Part shown: piece after piece, positions 12,734-24,376 of the stretch
Numbering within the stretch: position 1 is the first letter of the stretch
Layout of the letters: each line of letters opens with the position of its first letter
NCBI RefSeq assembly: GCF_004010195.1
Contig: NC_057719.1
Coordinates: forward strand, 33,965,981 to 34,029,980
Reading direction: 5' to 3'
From: Chiloscyllium plagiosum
Taxonomy: Eukaryota
DNA: 64,000 nucleotides
Notes under the pieces: model-generated
Database searches by the model: none
What the model was told of the DNA's origin: nothing
What the model saw: the letters and a program-made list of their open reading frames with translations, nothing else
Position numbers and translations under genes: made by a program

Positions 12734-12898
12734 AGGCGAAAGTGAGGATTGCAGATGCTGGAGGTCAGAGTCAAGATTAGAGTGGTGCTGGAAAAGCATA
12801 GCAGGTCAGGCCGCATCCGAGGAGCAGGAAAATCAACATTTCGGGCAAAAGCCCTTTCATCAGAAATCCTGACCTGCTGTGCTTTTCCAGCACCATTC
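12734..12898 (-). mobile_element. Penelope-terminus mini-element with partial fold-back and TSD
   Basis: TAAAAAGA(G/A)ATGCT at 12720-12733 and 12899-12912. Minus-strand CTGATGA-AA-GGGCTTTTGCCC-GAAATGTT. Confidence 0.85.
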
Positions 12899-14654
12899 TA
12901 AAAAGAAATGCTGTTGAAAAGTTTTTTTTAGCTGACACTCATCAGGGCACTCTCAAGAATACCAGATTTCAAATGGAACAATAATTTATACTGCATGAGA
13001 AACAGAGTGCTGAAAGGTTGCCATACAAACTCTGATCGGGGGGTTGCATGGAGAATGCACCAGGGAATAGTTATATTGAAAACATTGTGTAAATTCGAAA
13101 AAGTCAAGTCAATTGTGATGTTCCAATGGGAAATATATCAGGAAGCAGTGTCCCCCAACCTTTTGTTTAATTAAAAATCCCTGTTCACAGTCAAATTTTT
13201 GTCATCTGTGGAGGATTGGGTCCTCTGGAAAATAAATAGGAAGAAGAAGTAGAGATGAAGAGTTCACATAGACCTGTTTTTGTAGAATGTCTGCTAGTGT
13301 TCTGCTATTGAAGTTTGTTTCTAATTTGTCCAAGTGCTTTAATGACACAACATAATAATCTATGTAGCAACCAACCATATCATGAAATTATTTAGACACA
13401 ATTCTTTTGAAAATCAAATTAAAAAGCCATTAATTTTATTTACTAATTCAGAATGTTAGGCAAGCTGAAAATTATTGCATCTCTGGGAAATTTAGTTACA
13501 CTGTCCTATTCTATTAAGACGGATACATTTTCTAATTACAATGAACATTAATTCTCAGAATTAAACTATCATAAATTTTCAGGTCAACCTTCATGTTTAG
13601 AAAACTCCATCAGTCATGATTCACTGATTACTGGAATTGTAGTGTTTGAGGAAATCTGCATAACTTCAAATATATTGCTGTCTTTGTGGCAGAGCCTTGA
13701 ACAAATCACAATTATCAAATTGATCACGCTTCTGCTTTTAAGCTATATATAATGATACCATGAAGCAAAATCATTGCTCATCTAAGTTACAATTGTAGCA
13801 TAAGTCTGAATCTGCAGTTAGTCTTCAAACTGACACCATAGTGTAATAAACAGTGCAATCCCCTTGGGGTGGGGGTGGGGGGGGGGCAGTGGGGGGAAAG
13901 AATTATTAGTCACCCTCACTTTGCAGTCAGTTCGAACCATGACATTCGAATTGCTCAGATGGCTACCAATCAAATACAATGTCCAGAAGGTGCTCTGAAC
14001 CTGTGGGGGAAGAGTGAAGGAGGAGAGGACAGAAATTAGAAATTGACGACCAGATTATAAAATCCTGTCTAAGGTTATTGTCAACCGTCGTGCCTGCTGT
14101 GGGATCTATGATTCAACCTGACCAAATATGTGCTATACTGTGTCCCTTGCGTTCCTCAGGGATATAATCACCTATATACAGGAGAGGGGGATGAACATCT
14201 GCCTCATCACCCTGGACCAGTAGAAGATCTTTACAGAATATCACATACCTTCTTGTTGGATGTGTTCTCCAAAATGGGCTTTAGGGAGGGAATCCACAAT
14301 TGGATCTGACTGTTCTTCACAAACACCCTCAATCAATGGGTGGGAATCAGAAAGCTTCTCAATTAGATATGGAGTCAGCCAGGGCCGCCCATTCTCTGCT
14401 ACCTTGTATATATGTTGTCTAGAGCCTTTTGCTGAGTCCATCAGGAAGGATGTGAGCTGGGGGATGGGGGTGACTATTCCAAGCAACAGAGGCCTGTAGG
14501 TTAAAGCCTTCCTGTAGATATATGACATCACTGTTTTCTGCTCAAATCTGCTGTCAGTGTGCAGACTTATAAGCATCTGCAACCAGTTCAAACTGGCCTA
14601 TGGAGCCAAGGTAAATCAAGGCAAGAGCAAGGCTATGTCCTTTGGGAACTGATA

Positions 14655-14810
14655 AGATCGGGACATTTAAGGCACTTTTATGAATATGCAAGGAGTGGAG
14701 GGATATGGACCAAGGGCAGGTAGAAGGGATTAGTTCAATTTGGCATTATGTTCGGCACGACATGATGGGCTGAAGGGCCTGTTTCTGTGCTGTACCATTC
14801 TATGTTCTAT
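14655..14810 (+). mobile_element. CR1 3' tail inserted in the Tx1-like LINE
   Basis: GGGCTGAAGGGCCTGTTTCTGTGCTGTA followed by a (TTCTATG)n tail. Confidence 0.8.
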
Positions 14811-15359
14811 GCCCAGAGCTGGTCAATCTTTTATCCCCTTCACCATCAACACCCTCTAGAGCTGGGAGTATGGTTTGGAGAGTGGTATGGTTTGCCAAGA
14901 TGAGGGAAAAACTGGTCAGTGGGGGCAGTGCTCCCTCCCCACTGCAGGTAAAAACGTAGTCATCAGGTGTGAGGTACTCTCAGTGTTGTTTTATGTGGTG
15001 CAGATGTGGTCTAATCGCTGAACCATCATCCTCTTCATCTGGAAGTCAAAGATGAACCATGTGCACATGGACATCATGTACAAAGCTCTGGATAAGGAGG
15101 GGAAGAAGGATGAACCCAACACCGCCCTCATCCTGATGAACACATTTATACGTGACTGCATTAAGCTGTGTATAGACCCTTGGTACACAAACATCAAGTG
15201 AGCTTCTACCAGTGTCTGGTGTTACGAGGATGGGACAGGCCTCGTTACCATGGAATGCTCCAAGTAGTTGGACTGTTCCATTCAATCTGTCTCTCATGGA
15301 AAAATGTATAAAGGAGAAAAATGTTGATCACGTGTCCATCAGGTAATGGTCAGCCTTCC

Positions 15360-15725
15360 ATGCATTGACTCTGTCTACGTTACCACAGAAAGGCTGCCAA
15401 CATCATTAAAGATCCCGTCCACCCTGGTCATAATCTCTTCAAACTTCTTCCATAAGGCAGAAGTTATAAAAACTTACATTATGCACCAACAGGTTTAAGA
15501 ACAGCTGCTTCCCCATTGTTATTAGACTGCTGAATGGACCTCTCAAATTTCAAATCTAATGTTGATCTTGTTTTTTGTACACTTTCTTTGAAGATGTAAC
15601 TTTGTATTCCTGGCTCGTTCAATTTTTGTGTCTTTGTATGTTATGATCTGCTCCACTGCCTGCAAAACAAAATTTTTCACTGTACTTAGGTACATGTGAC
15701 AATAACAAATCAAATCAAATCAAAA
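15360..15725 (+). mobile_element. Rex-Babar/L2-like LINE 3' end inserted in the Tx1-like LINE
   Basis: KAANIIKDP(V)HPGHNLF..TNRFKNSCFPIVIRLLNG and an (AAATC)n tail, shared with 46335-46537. Confidence 0.7.
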
Positions 15726-17193
15726 CATGTAAGATCCTTGAGACCCTGTGGGAAAAAGAGAGTAGATCCTGTCAAGTGATTCCCTTAGCAGCCCATCAAA
15801 GTCATTTGGCAGAATGCCTCATCGCCAGAACATTCCAACAAACACCAAGACATCATTTGGCTGGTGGTTAGAAGGATGGTGACCCGTCAGATACTGCATG
15901 CATGCCTGACCTCTGTGTGCCACCGCACACTGCCCTCGAAGTGGTTGTGGTGAGGGTGGAGGTGGAGACTGTCACACATTTCTTGTGGAATGTGCCTTTG
16001 CAAAGAAGGTGTGGGGAGAGTGGATTTTATTACAGTTCATCCCAAGCAGCTCTTGTTTAAAAAAAAAGGGATGAAAGGTTATTAGGGTAGGTTGGATTAT
16101 GGTGAACACACAACTCAGTCATGATGTTATTAAATGGAGAAGCAGGTTTACAGAGCTGAGTGGCCTACTCCCACTCCTAGCTTATATGTACATATGATGT
16201 TTAGAAATAGATTTAATTTCTATTGGCTTTCAAGTAATTGCTTTGAGGGATTGTCTCTAATTTAATATTTTTTATATAGACTTCAGAATTCTTTATTTTG
16301 CTCCACTCTGCTGTCCAAATGAATACTTCAAGAATATTACTTAGAGCATATAGCAGAAGCCCAGACCATTTAACCTAACTGGTCCAGACCACTCTATGGT
16401 CCACATGAACCTTCTGCCACTTACTTCATCAACTCCCATCAGCATATCTTTCTATTCCTTTCTTCCTCACAATCTTACCTTGTTGTCCTTTGAATGCTAC
16501 TCACCTCCACCATTCAATGGTTTGCTGGTTCCACATTCGAACTATGCACTAGATAAAGAAGGAATTATCTTATTTTTTAACTCTATTTATTTGAAGTTCC
16601 CACACAGTCAGGGATTGAATACCAATTAGTATATGATGTCTAGCAAAAAGATTGTGTGTATTTGCACTTCTGGTCTCTTCCTTCCCATCTGGATAGCCAT
16701 GGCATTACGTCTTGGGCCTAATCTCTGACATTGCTTTTAGAAACCTCTCTATTTCCTTGATTGTTAAATAAATGGTTAATATATTCAATAAATAGCAAGG
16801 AACCCAACACAGAATCCTGTGGAACATCAATGAAAACCACTTGTTATTCATTGACCTTTAACCTCCTTCCTGTCATTAAGTCAATTTTGGATTCATCTTA
16901 CCACATTCCCCTGTGGAATGCGATTTAGTTTTTCTGACCAGCCTGTTATGTGGGACTTTGTAAGATGCTTCTCTAAAATCCACTGAGGCAGCATTCACTG
17001 CACAATTCTCAATCCTCTTTGTTACTTCCTCAAAAAATTAAATTAGGTTAGTAAGTCAAAGCACTTCCTGACAAAACCATGCTGACAACCATCCATGTCC
17101 TGCTCAGTAGCAGTTAATTCTATCTCTCACAGTATTAATTCTAGAAATTTGCTTAAAACTCAGGTCAGACTGACTGACCTATAATTATTTGGT

Positions 17194-17393
17194 GAGAAAG
17201 TGAGGTCTGCAGATGCTGGAGATCTGAGCTGAAAATGTGTTGCTGGAAGAGCGCAGCAGGTCAGGCAGCATCCAGGGAACAGGAGAATCGATGTTTCAAT
17301 GTTCAGGAAGAAGGGCTTATGCCCGAAACGTCGATTCTCCTGTTCCCTGGATGCTGCCTGACCTGCTGCGCTTTTCCAGCAACACATTTTCAG
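17194..17393. mobile_element. Fold-back Penelope-terminus mini-element with 15 bp TSD
   Basis: CTATAATTATTTGGT at 17179-17193 and 17394-17408. Near-perfect inverted arms. Confidence 0.9.
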
Positions 17394-18419
17394 CTATAAT
17401 TATTTGGTCTATTCTTTATCTTTTCTGAGTAATTGTACAACATTCATAGACCTCTAATTATCCTGTACCTAGTTGTATCTGGGAAGGAATGGAACAGGAT
17501 CCTCAGAGTATCTGCTATTTCCTCCCTGACTTCCTTTTGCAACCTAGGAAATAATTCATCTGGCCCTGGTGATTTATCCATCTTTATGAAGGTCAGTGCC
17601 TCCAGTAATAATAGCAAAGTACTTCGGATGCTGGATACCTGAAATAAAAAATAGGAAGTGCTCCAGAAATTCATTCCTGACTATCCTTCTCCTTTGTGAA
17701 GACAGAGTCAAAGTATTATTTTAAACTCCCGTCTATATTTTCAGTATTCACATACAAGTTACCACGTACATCTCTGAATGATTTTTAGTCAGCCTCCTGT
17801 TCTTAATATACTGATAAAACATCTTTATAATTCTCCAAATTTTATTTGCCCATTTTTATTTCTTTTTTTCTAATTTCCTTTTTCACGTCACCCTTCTACT
17901 TTCCAAACATGTCTAGGCTTCCTAATGTTCTTTTTTCAGATTTCCATCATTTTATTTTTCTACTTTGTCTTACGTTGTGTAAGCAACTAGCATGTTCAAC
18001 CAGCAGAATGGCCCCTTTCCGTGCTGTAACTTTTCTATGGCCTAATGAATGCTTCTTGATAACTAGGGGGCTCTAGATATGGCAGTATAAAGCTTTTTTG
18101 TGAGACCATGTCAACACTGTACCCATAGAATTTCCCTTTTGAATGCCTTGATCTGCCACTGTCATTCCTTTAGATAGGTGCGTCCAGCCCACGTTTTTCC
18201 AAATTATCTTTCAACTTTGAAAATTTTGCTTTCTCTCAAATTATAACTTTGACTTTCATTCTATCTTTTTCCTTTTCCATCCTAAGTCCAACTGGTTCAT
18301 GATCACTATCTCCAAACTCACCCACTATCCCCCACTGTTACTTCATCTACCTACACAGCTTATTTTCTTGTGGTTAAATCCAGAATTGAACCCTCGTTCC
18401 TTGGTTTGTTATAAATATT

Positions 18420-18525
18420 TCTAATCAACCTGTTCTGACATGTTATGCACCTGTGGAACCAGTGGGACTTGAACCTCAACCTCCCAGCCCAGAGGTCAGT
18501 GCTTTTCCACTGCATCACAAGAACT
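18420..18525 (-). mobile_element. Short tRNA-derived SINE (about 100 bp)
   Basis: Minus strand has a GGTTCAAGTCCC B-box and the tail ..CATAACATGTCAGAACAGGTTGATTAGAA. Relatives at 61005-61100 and 61140-61235. Confidence 0.6.
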
Positions 18526-18547
18526 ATTCTTGGGATTATTGTAAACT

Positions 18548-19282
18548 TGTATGGAAAATAAAGAACATGAAAGCATAGGAAGGGTTAAAGCATGAAGACC
18601 ACTGGCAATCTGTGGTCTGTGGAAGGCAGGATGGGATAACCATAGTGGAACATTCTTACACCAATTAGCAGAGTAAGGTTAAGGCTGAAAGGTCACTATG
18701 GCGAGATGAGATAACAGTTAGTAGAGGTAGTTTTCCTGTTAAGTGTTATAATGACAGAATTGGAACCATAAATATTTGGGACATGACATTAAAATATCTG
18801 ATTAATAGTTAGTAGAGTCAGCTTGAGACAGGAGACTATTGTAATAAATGGAATAGTTCAATATCTATCATGACAGGTTAGTCTGGAATGGAAGATCATT
18901 GTAACAGAGGTGATAACAAATATCTAATCATGACATTAGGAAAATATTAAGTAGGGTCTGGAATGCAAAGAGTTAGCAATAAATATCTAACCGTGACATT
19001 AGAATAACATTAAGTAGAATGTACAACTAAAGAGATAATGGGAACTAACATCACTGGTTTATTGTGTAGCGAGAGTGAGGTACTTTGATTAATATAGTTG
19101 GACATCCTGGTAAGCTAACAGAAACATGATAAAAAAGGATATAAAAATCTACAGACCCTGAGGTTCATGGGCATTTGAGAATCTGCTTTCTCAGTGTCAT
19201 GGTTTTTGTTTGCAAATAAAAGACTTACTTCTTGAAGAACTCTCTGCGTCTCCTGGTGATTCTCTACATTTTCTCCACGACA
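18548..19282 (+). mobile_element. Solo LTR (ERV- or Gypsy-type)
   Basis: TGTATGGAAAAT..ATTTTCTCCACGACA imperfect inverted ends, repeated AATATCTA..TGACATTA motifs, TATAAAA at ~19140, AATAAA at ~19215. It interrupts the CR1 EN region. Possible CTTG TSD. Confidence 0.7.
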
Positions 19283-19576
19283 CTTGCTAAACCAGTTCTG
19301 TGTAATGTTGGGCCCTTTGTGACTTTCACACTTTTTATATACCAGTTGATATTTGGGTAGTTAAAGACCCCAGCTATTATTGCCCAATTGTTTTCACATT
19401 CAGAAATGTGAAAACATATATAATCCTCTCTTTCCCTGCATTTAAACCTCTATAGTGAATGTCTCACAGTGTGACTGCCCCTTTTCTGTTTCTGAGCTTA
19501 ACCCACATGGTCTCATTTGATACATAATTTAGTATATCATTGCTCCTTACAGCTGCAATTGATCCTTTAAGCAATA

Positions 19577-20881
19577 ATAGACAATAGACAATAGACAATA
19601 GGTGCAGGAGTAGGCCATTCAGCCCTTCGAGCCTGCACCGCCATTCAATATAATCATGGCTGATCATTCCTAATTAGTATCCTGTTCCTGCCTTATCTCC
19701 ATAACCCTTGACTCCACTATCTTTGAGAGCTCTATCCAACTCCTTCTTAAATGAATCCAGAGAGTGGGCCTCCACTGCCCTCTGGGGCAGAGCATTCCAC
19801 ACAGCCACCACTCTCTGGGTAAAGAAGTTTCTCCTCATCTCTGTCCTAAATGGTCTTTTTAAGCTGTGTCCTCTGGTTCGGCACTCACCCATCAGCGGAA
19901 ACATGTTTCCTGCCTCCAGAATGTCCAATCCTTTAATAATCTTATAAGTCTCAATCAGATCCCCTCTCANNNNNNNNNNNNNNNNNNNNNNNNNNNNNNN
20001 NNNNNNNNNNNNNNNNNNNNNNNNNNNNNNNNNNNNNNNNNNNNNNNNNNNNNNNNNNNNNNNNNNNNNNNNNNNNNNNNNNNNNNNNNNNNNNNNNNNN
20101 NNNNNNNNNNNNNNNNNNNNNNNNNNNNNNNNNNNNNNNNNNNNNNNNNNNNNNNNNNNNNNNNNNNNNNNNNNNNNNNNNNNNNNNNNNNNNNNNNNNN
20201 NNNNNNNNNNNNNNNNNNNNNNNNNNNNNNNNNNNNNNNNNNNNNNNNNNNNNNNNNNNNNNNNNNNNNNNNNNNNNNNNNNNNNNNNNNNNNNNNNNNN
20301 NNNNNNNNNNNNNNNNNNNNNNNNNNNNNNNNNNNNNNNNNNNNNNNNNNNNNNNNNNNNNNNNNNNNNNNNNNNNNNNNNNNNNNNNNNNNNNNNNNNN
20401 NNNNNNNNNNNNNNNNNNNNNNNNNNNNNNNNNNNNNNNNNNNNNNNNNNNNNNNNNNNNNNNNNNNNNNNNNNNNNNNNNNNNNTCCATCTTCATAGTT
20501 ACATCCTCAAAAAATTCAAGAAGATTAGTCAAGCATGATTTCTCCTTCATAAATCCATGCTGACTCTGTCCTATCTGTTACTACTATCCAGATGTGCAGT
20601 AATTTCTTCCTTTATAATAGACTCCAGCATCTTTTCCACCACTGAGGTCAGACTAACTGGTCTATAATTTCCTGCTTTCTCTCTCCCACCTTTCTTAAAA
20701 AGTGGTATAACATTAGCCACCCTCCAATCCTCAGGAACCGACCCCGAATCTATTGAACTCTGGAAAATAATCACCAACGCATCCACGATTTCCCGAGCCA
20801 CCTCCTTCAGTACCTTGGGATGCAGACCATCAGGCCCCGGAGACTTATCAACCTTCAGACCTAACAGTCTCTCCAACACCA
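19577..20881 (-). mobile_element. Young CR1 LINE fragment spanning the assembly gap
   Basis: DKSPGPDGLHPKVLKE..GNYRPVSLTSVV, KSCLTNLLEFFEDVT and FFTQRVVAVWNALP, with a (GACAATA)n tail. Confidence 0.95.
19970..20485. other. Assembly gap (516 N)
   Basis: Run of N. Confidence 1.
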
Positions 20882-21929
20882 AATGCTACACCCCCGCCTA
20901 TTATATGCTTCTCTGTCTCCTGCCTAAAGTCTGTCAAGCTGCATGTTGCTTCTCTTTAAGCTATTTTTCCATCATAACAATGATCTCACACTGCCATAAG
21001 TCTATCTGTGCCCTCAGTGCATTGGCTTTTATTTGCTATACCATTTGCATTTTGATATACAGTATACAAAAAAAACTGCTTCCTCAGTCTTTCAGAGTTA
21101 CTTGCTAAACCTTTGCCTCCCGTCCCCTCCTTTGAATATGCCCTCAGGTTCAATGCTCCTGTCAATCTAGTTTCAACTCTCCTCAACAATATGAGTAAAT
21201 CTCCCAGTGAAGATACTTTTCCCTGTCCTTTACAGTTGTCGACTCTCCAGCTTGTATGGATCCCAACTTCTCCAGAATTAGACCCAATACCCTTGAAATC
21301 TGATGGCCCCCTCCCTCCCATATCTGCTTTACAGCCACAATTGCCAATCTTTCTATTTACATTAATCCTGGGACTGGGACTGGGAGTGGGACTAATCCTG
21401 AAATATCTGTTTTAGAAACCTTGCCTTTCAATGTATCCAGGCTGGCTCCCTGAGTCCTGCCTTCAGGACTTCATTCCCATTCCTATGCAACTCTTTAGTA
21501 CTAATGTGGACAAGACCTATGGCTGATTACTATTCCCCAGAAGAATGTCCTTCAGCTGCAGTACAATGCCCTTTACCCAGGCACCAGGGATGCAACATAC
21601 AGCCCTGGAGCCACATTGACGGCCACACATATGTTTGGCTGATCTCCTGACTATGGTATTCCCTATTAGTCTTTTTTTTCTGTTCTTGTCCTCCCATCCC
21701 ACCCCAATAACTGTGTCACTTATAGTGCCACCGACTGGACTCTGATTACATTCTCCTGAGTGACCACCGATCTCACTGTATCTAGAATTGAATATTGTTT
21801 AGTAAGCAAGATAAACTTGGGGAATCCTACAATACTTGCCCGGTTTTCTTAGATATCCTGGCTGTCACCCATTCCCTCCCTGTCTGTACCCTTCTACCTG
21901 TGGTGTGACCTCATCTTTAACTGAGCTTT

Positions 21930-22200
21930 CAGTTGAGATACTAGCCTGTGCCTCATCTGCTCAATTGGGTGCCAGAAAAAAAAACTCCTGTGGCTGTATT
22001 TTGTTGAAAAAGAGCAGGGAAGTTACTCCAATGCCCTGGTCAATATTTATCCATCAATAAACATTGCAAGAAACAGATTGCTTGTGGAAGTCTGCTGTGC
22101 ACAGAGTTAGCTGCTGCAGTTTCTACATTACAATGAGTACACTTCCAAATCCTTTGTTGGCTGCAAAATGCTTACAGACATCCAGCAGCAATGAAAATTA
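21930..22200 (+). mobile_element. DeuSINE (SacSINE1/AmnSINE-related) remnant
   Basis: GAAAAAGAGCAGGGAAGTT..CCTGGTCAATATTTATCC..GCTGTGCAC..CTACATTACAA..TTGGCTGCAAAATGCTT resembles the Deu-domain and 3' part of DeuSINEs. Confidence 0.6.
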
Positions 22201-22679
22201 TTCATTTGTGGTAATACTATGCCTTTGAGAGATGTGATCTTTCCTGGTTCTCTTGCAGAGAGGTTTTGTCACGATGGTGCCAGGGTGTCTCCTCCCAGCA
22301 GGCAAGTTGATAATAACTTTAGGTTTCTCTCTGGGCATTTTTTTTCAAGTAAACCAAAAAAATCATGAGTGCTCAGTGTCAGGCTTACACTGATCCTGAG
22401 GACTTTTATTTTGCTTTTACTGAGTTTTATTTGTTAGTTAGCTGCTGGAGTGGACAGCTAGAGTTCTCTCCGTTGCTAGATTGATGACTTAGACAGAGAG
22501 TTTTCCTCTTAGAAATCCAAAGGGGCAGATTGTTTATTTTAGTGTTTCTTTCTGTTGGACTAGGGAGAGACAGCATGTGAGAATAGTAGATGTTTTGTTT
22601 TGCTGTGTTGCATTTTGCCAAAGGATTTGTTTTTGGAATGCTACTTATATTTTTTTTTCCCCTTTGAAGAGATTCTAAT

Positions 22680-22985
22680 TAGATTACATTACAGTGTGGA
22701 AACAGGCCCTGCGGCCCAACAAGTCCACACCGACCCGCCGAAGCGCAACCCACCCATACCCCTACATTTACCCCTATACCTAACACTACGGGCAATTTAG
22801 CATGGCCAATTCACCTGACCTGCACATCTTTGGACTGTGGGAGGAAACCGGAGCACCCAGAGGAAACCCACGCGGACACGGGGAGAACGTGCAAAGTCCA
22901 CACAGTTTGCCTGAGGTGGGAATTGAACCCGGGTCTCTGGCGCTGTGAGGCAGCAGTGCTAACCACTGTGCCACCATGCCGCCCA
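22680..22985 (-). mobile_element. Full-length HE1-type V-SINE
   Basis: GGCGGCATGGTGGCACAGTGGTTAGCACT..GGTTCAATTCCC head, V-domain and CR1-like tail. Confidence 0.95.
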
Positions 22986-22987
22986 CG

Positions 22988-24376
22988 GCTAATCTCCTGT
23001 TTTTTCTGTTTCCCCTACACTACTGCCATATAGCAGTAGTGCTTATATTCCTCAGCATCAATGTTTGTGTATAGATAGGTTCAAGATAGTGAAAACAACT
23101 TTATTAACATTCTGCCATCAGAAAAGACACCGATGTAACCAATGAACCAGTGACAAGCAAAGCCCACAGCGAGCAATACTTATGTGAAAAAAGTGAAGGG
23201 GAATGTAGGGACTAAATTAAAATAGAATTGGAAGGGGAAATAAACCCCTCAACTCCCACAGTTCCCAAGATCATTGATATGATTTTTAAGAAAACTTCCA
23301 CCACCAGGAAGAAAAAGGCACCAGAATAGCCAGTGACAAACTGACTGTGTAGACTGTGATTCCTACTGAAGGTCTTTTGCCTGAAACAGCAATTTTCCTG
23401 ATCCTCGGATGCTGCCTGACCTGCTGTCCTTTTCCAGCACCACTCTAATCTTGATTCTGATCTCCAACATCTGCAGTCCTCACTTTCGCCTGTGTAGATC
23501 AGCCAGTTCAGGAATCGGTTACCAAAAACAAAACCAACAGCAGTGCACTGGCTGTGACTAGTTAGCTTGGAGTCAGTCCCCTAAACTGAGGCGATTCTAA
23601 ATCTCCTGTTTATTTTTTTTTGTTTTTTTCTCCATTTTTCCCCACACCACTGCCAAACAGCAGTGGTGCTTATTTCTCCCCAGCACTCAAGTCGTGTGTG
23701 TATAGGTGTAGGATACAGTGAAGAAATAATGTGTGCAGAAAACTTTATTTGTATTCCACCACCAGGAAGAAATAAGCATCAGATTGGCCAGTGACAAACA
23801 GTGCCCTGTTCCTTAAGGGTAGAGCCTGCAAGAATGAAAATGTGAAGGGAAGGGTAGGGGTTAAATCGAAATAGAGTTGGCGGGGGAGGAATGTTGCTTA
23901 TACATATAATTTGCTTTCTTTTTTTCTTTATTTATCAGTCCTCAATAAAAAAGGAATCCTAGTTAACAAAATGGTTCTGTAAACCAGTCAGTTTAGGAAT
24001 CAGGTTCTCTCAAAAAAAGCAGAGATCAACAGCAGCAGTAGCACATTGACTGTGGCCCAGCCAGCTCGGAGTCAGTCCTCAACTGAAGAGATGCTAATCT
24101 CCTGGTTATATTTTTCCCCACACTACCGCCTAACAGCAGTGGTGCTTATTTCTCCCCAGCACCCACGTCCTGTGCATATAGGTGTAGGATACAGTCAAGA
24201 AACAACGTGTGCAGAAAACTTTATTCGTATTCCATCACTAGGGAGAAATAAACATCAGAGTGGCCAGTGACAAACAGCATCCCCTTCCTTCAGGGCAAAG
24301 CCTGTATCAACAAATAAGTGAAGGGAAGGGTAGGGTTTAAATCAAAATAGAGTTGGCAGGGGAGGAATGTTGCTTA
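22988..24376. repeat. Three diverged tandem copies of an unclassified ~480 bp unit
   Basis: Shared blocks ATCTCCTG..CCCC.ACAC.AC.GC..GCAGT.GTGCTTAT, AACTTTATT, CCAGTGACAA and GTGAAGGG..AAATAGA.TTGG recur. Hairpins start at 23018, 23645 and 24121. Confidence 0.85.
23354..23489 (+). mobile_element. Penelope-terminus mini-element with 9 bp TSD
   Basis: CTGTGTAGA at 23345-23353 and 23490-23498. Degenerate hammerhead at its 5' end. Confidence 0.85.

Larger units (their letters stand above)
13950..16050 (+). mobile_element. Degenerate L1-clade (Tx1-like) LINE ORF2: RT and C-terminal zinc knuckle
   Basis: DYKILSKVIVNR, LDQ*KI(F), GVSQGRPFSATLYICCLEPFAESIRK, and a C-terminal CPRSGCG..VECAFAKKVW. 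Confidence 0.8.
16340..21930 (-). mobile_element. Old near-full-length CR1 LINE (ORF1 esterase, EN, RT, tail) interrupted by several younger insertions
   Basis: ORF1 esterase IGNTIVRRS..VCCIPGAWVK (21517-21702), EN start YQNANGIANK (~21040), ETMWVKLRNRKGAVTL and FNYPNINW (19340-19520), DKSPGPDELFPRL (17444-17674), RT remnants at 16790-17160, tail at ~16340. Confidence 0.75.

Noticed and set aside
13864..13896. G-run / potential G-quadruplex
   Set aside because: Low-complexity G tract with no evidence of function.
19866..20550. Long ORFs 19866..20498 and 19951..20550
   Set aside because: Artefacts of translating through the N gap.
22910..22985. tRNA genes at SINE heads (also 2061, 26350, 31600, 59450, 60040)
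   Set aside because: A/B boxes run directly into SINE bodies, with no complete cloverleaf or terminator.
22988..24376. CRISPR-like array
   Set aside because: Units are ~480 bp and similar along their length, with no unique spacers or cas genes, in a eukaryotic context.
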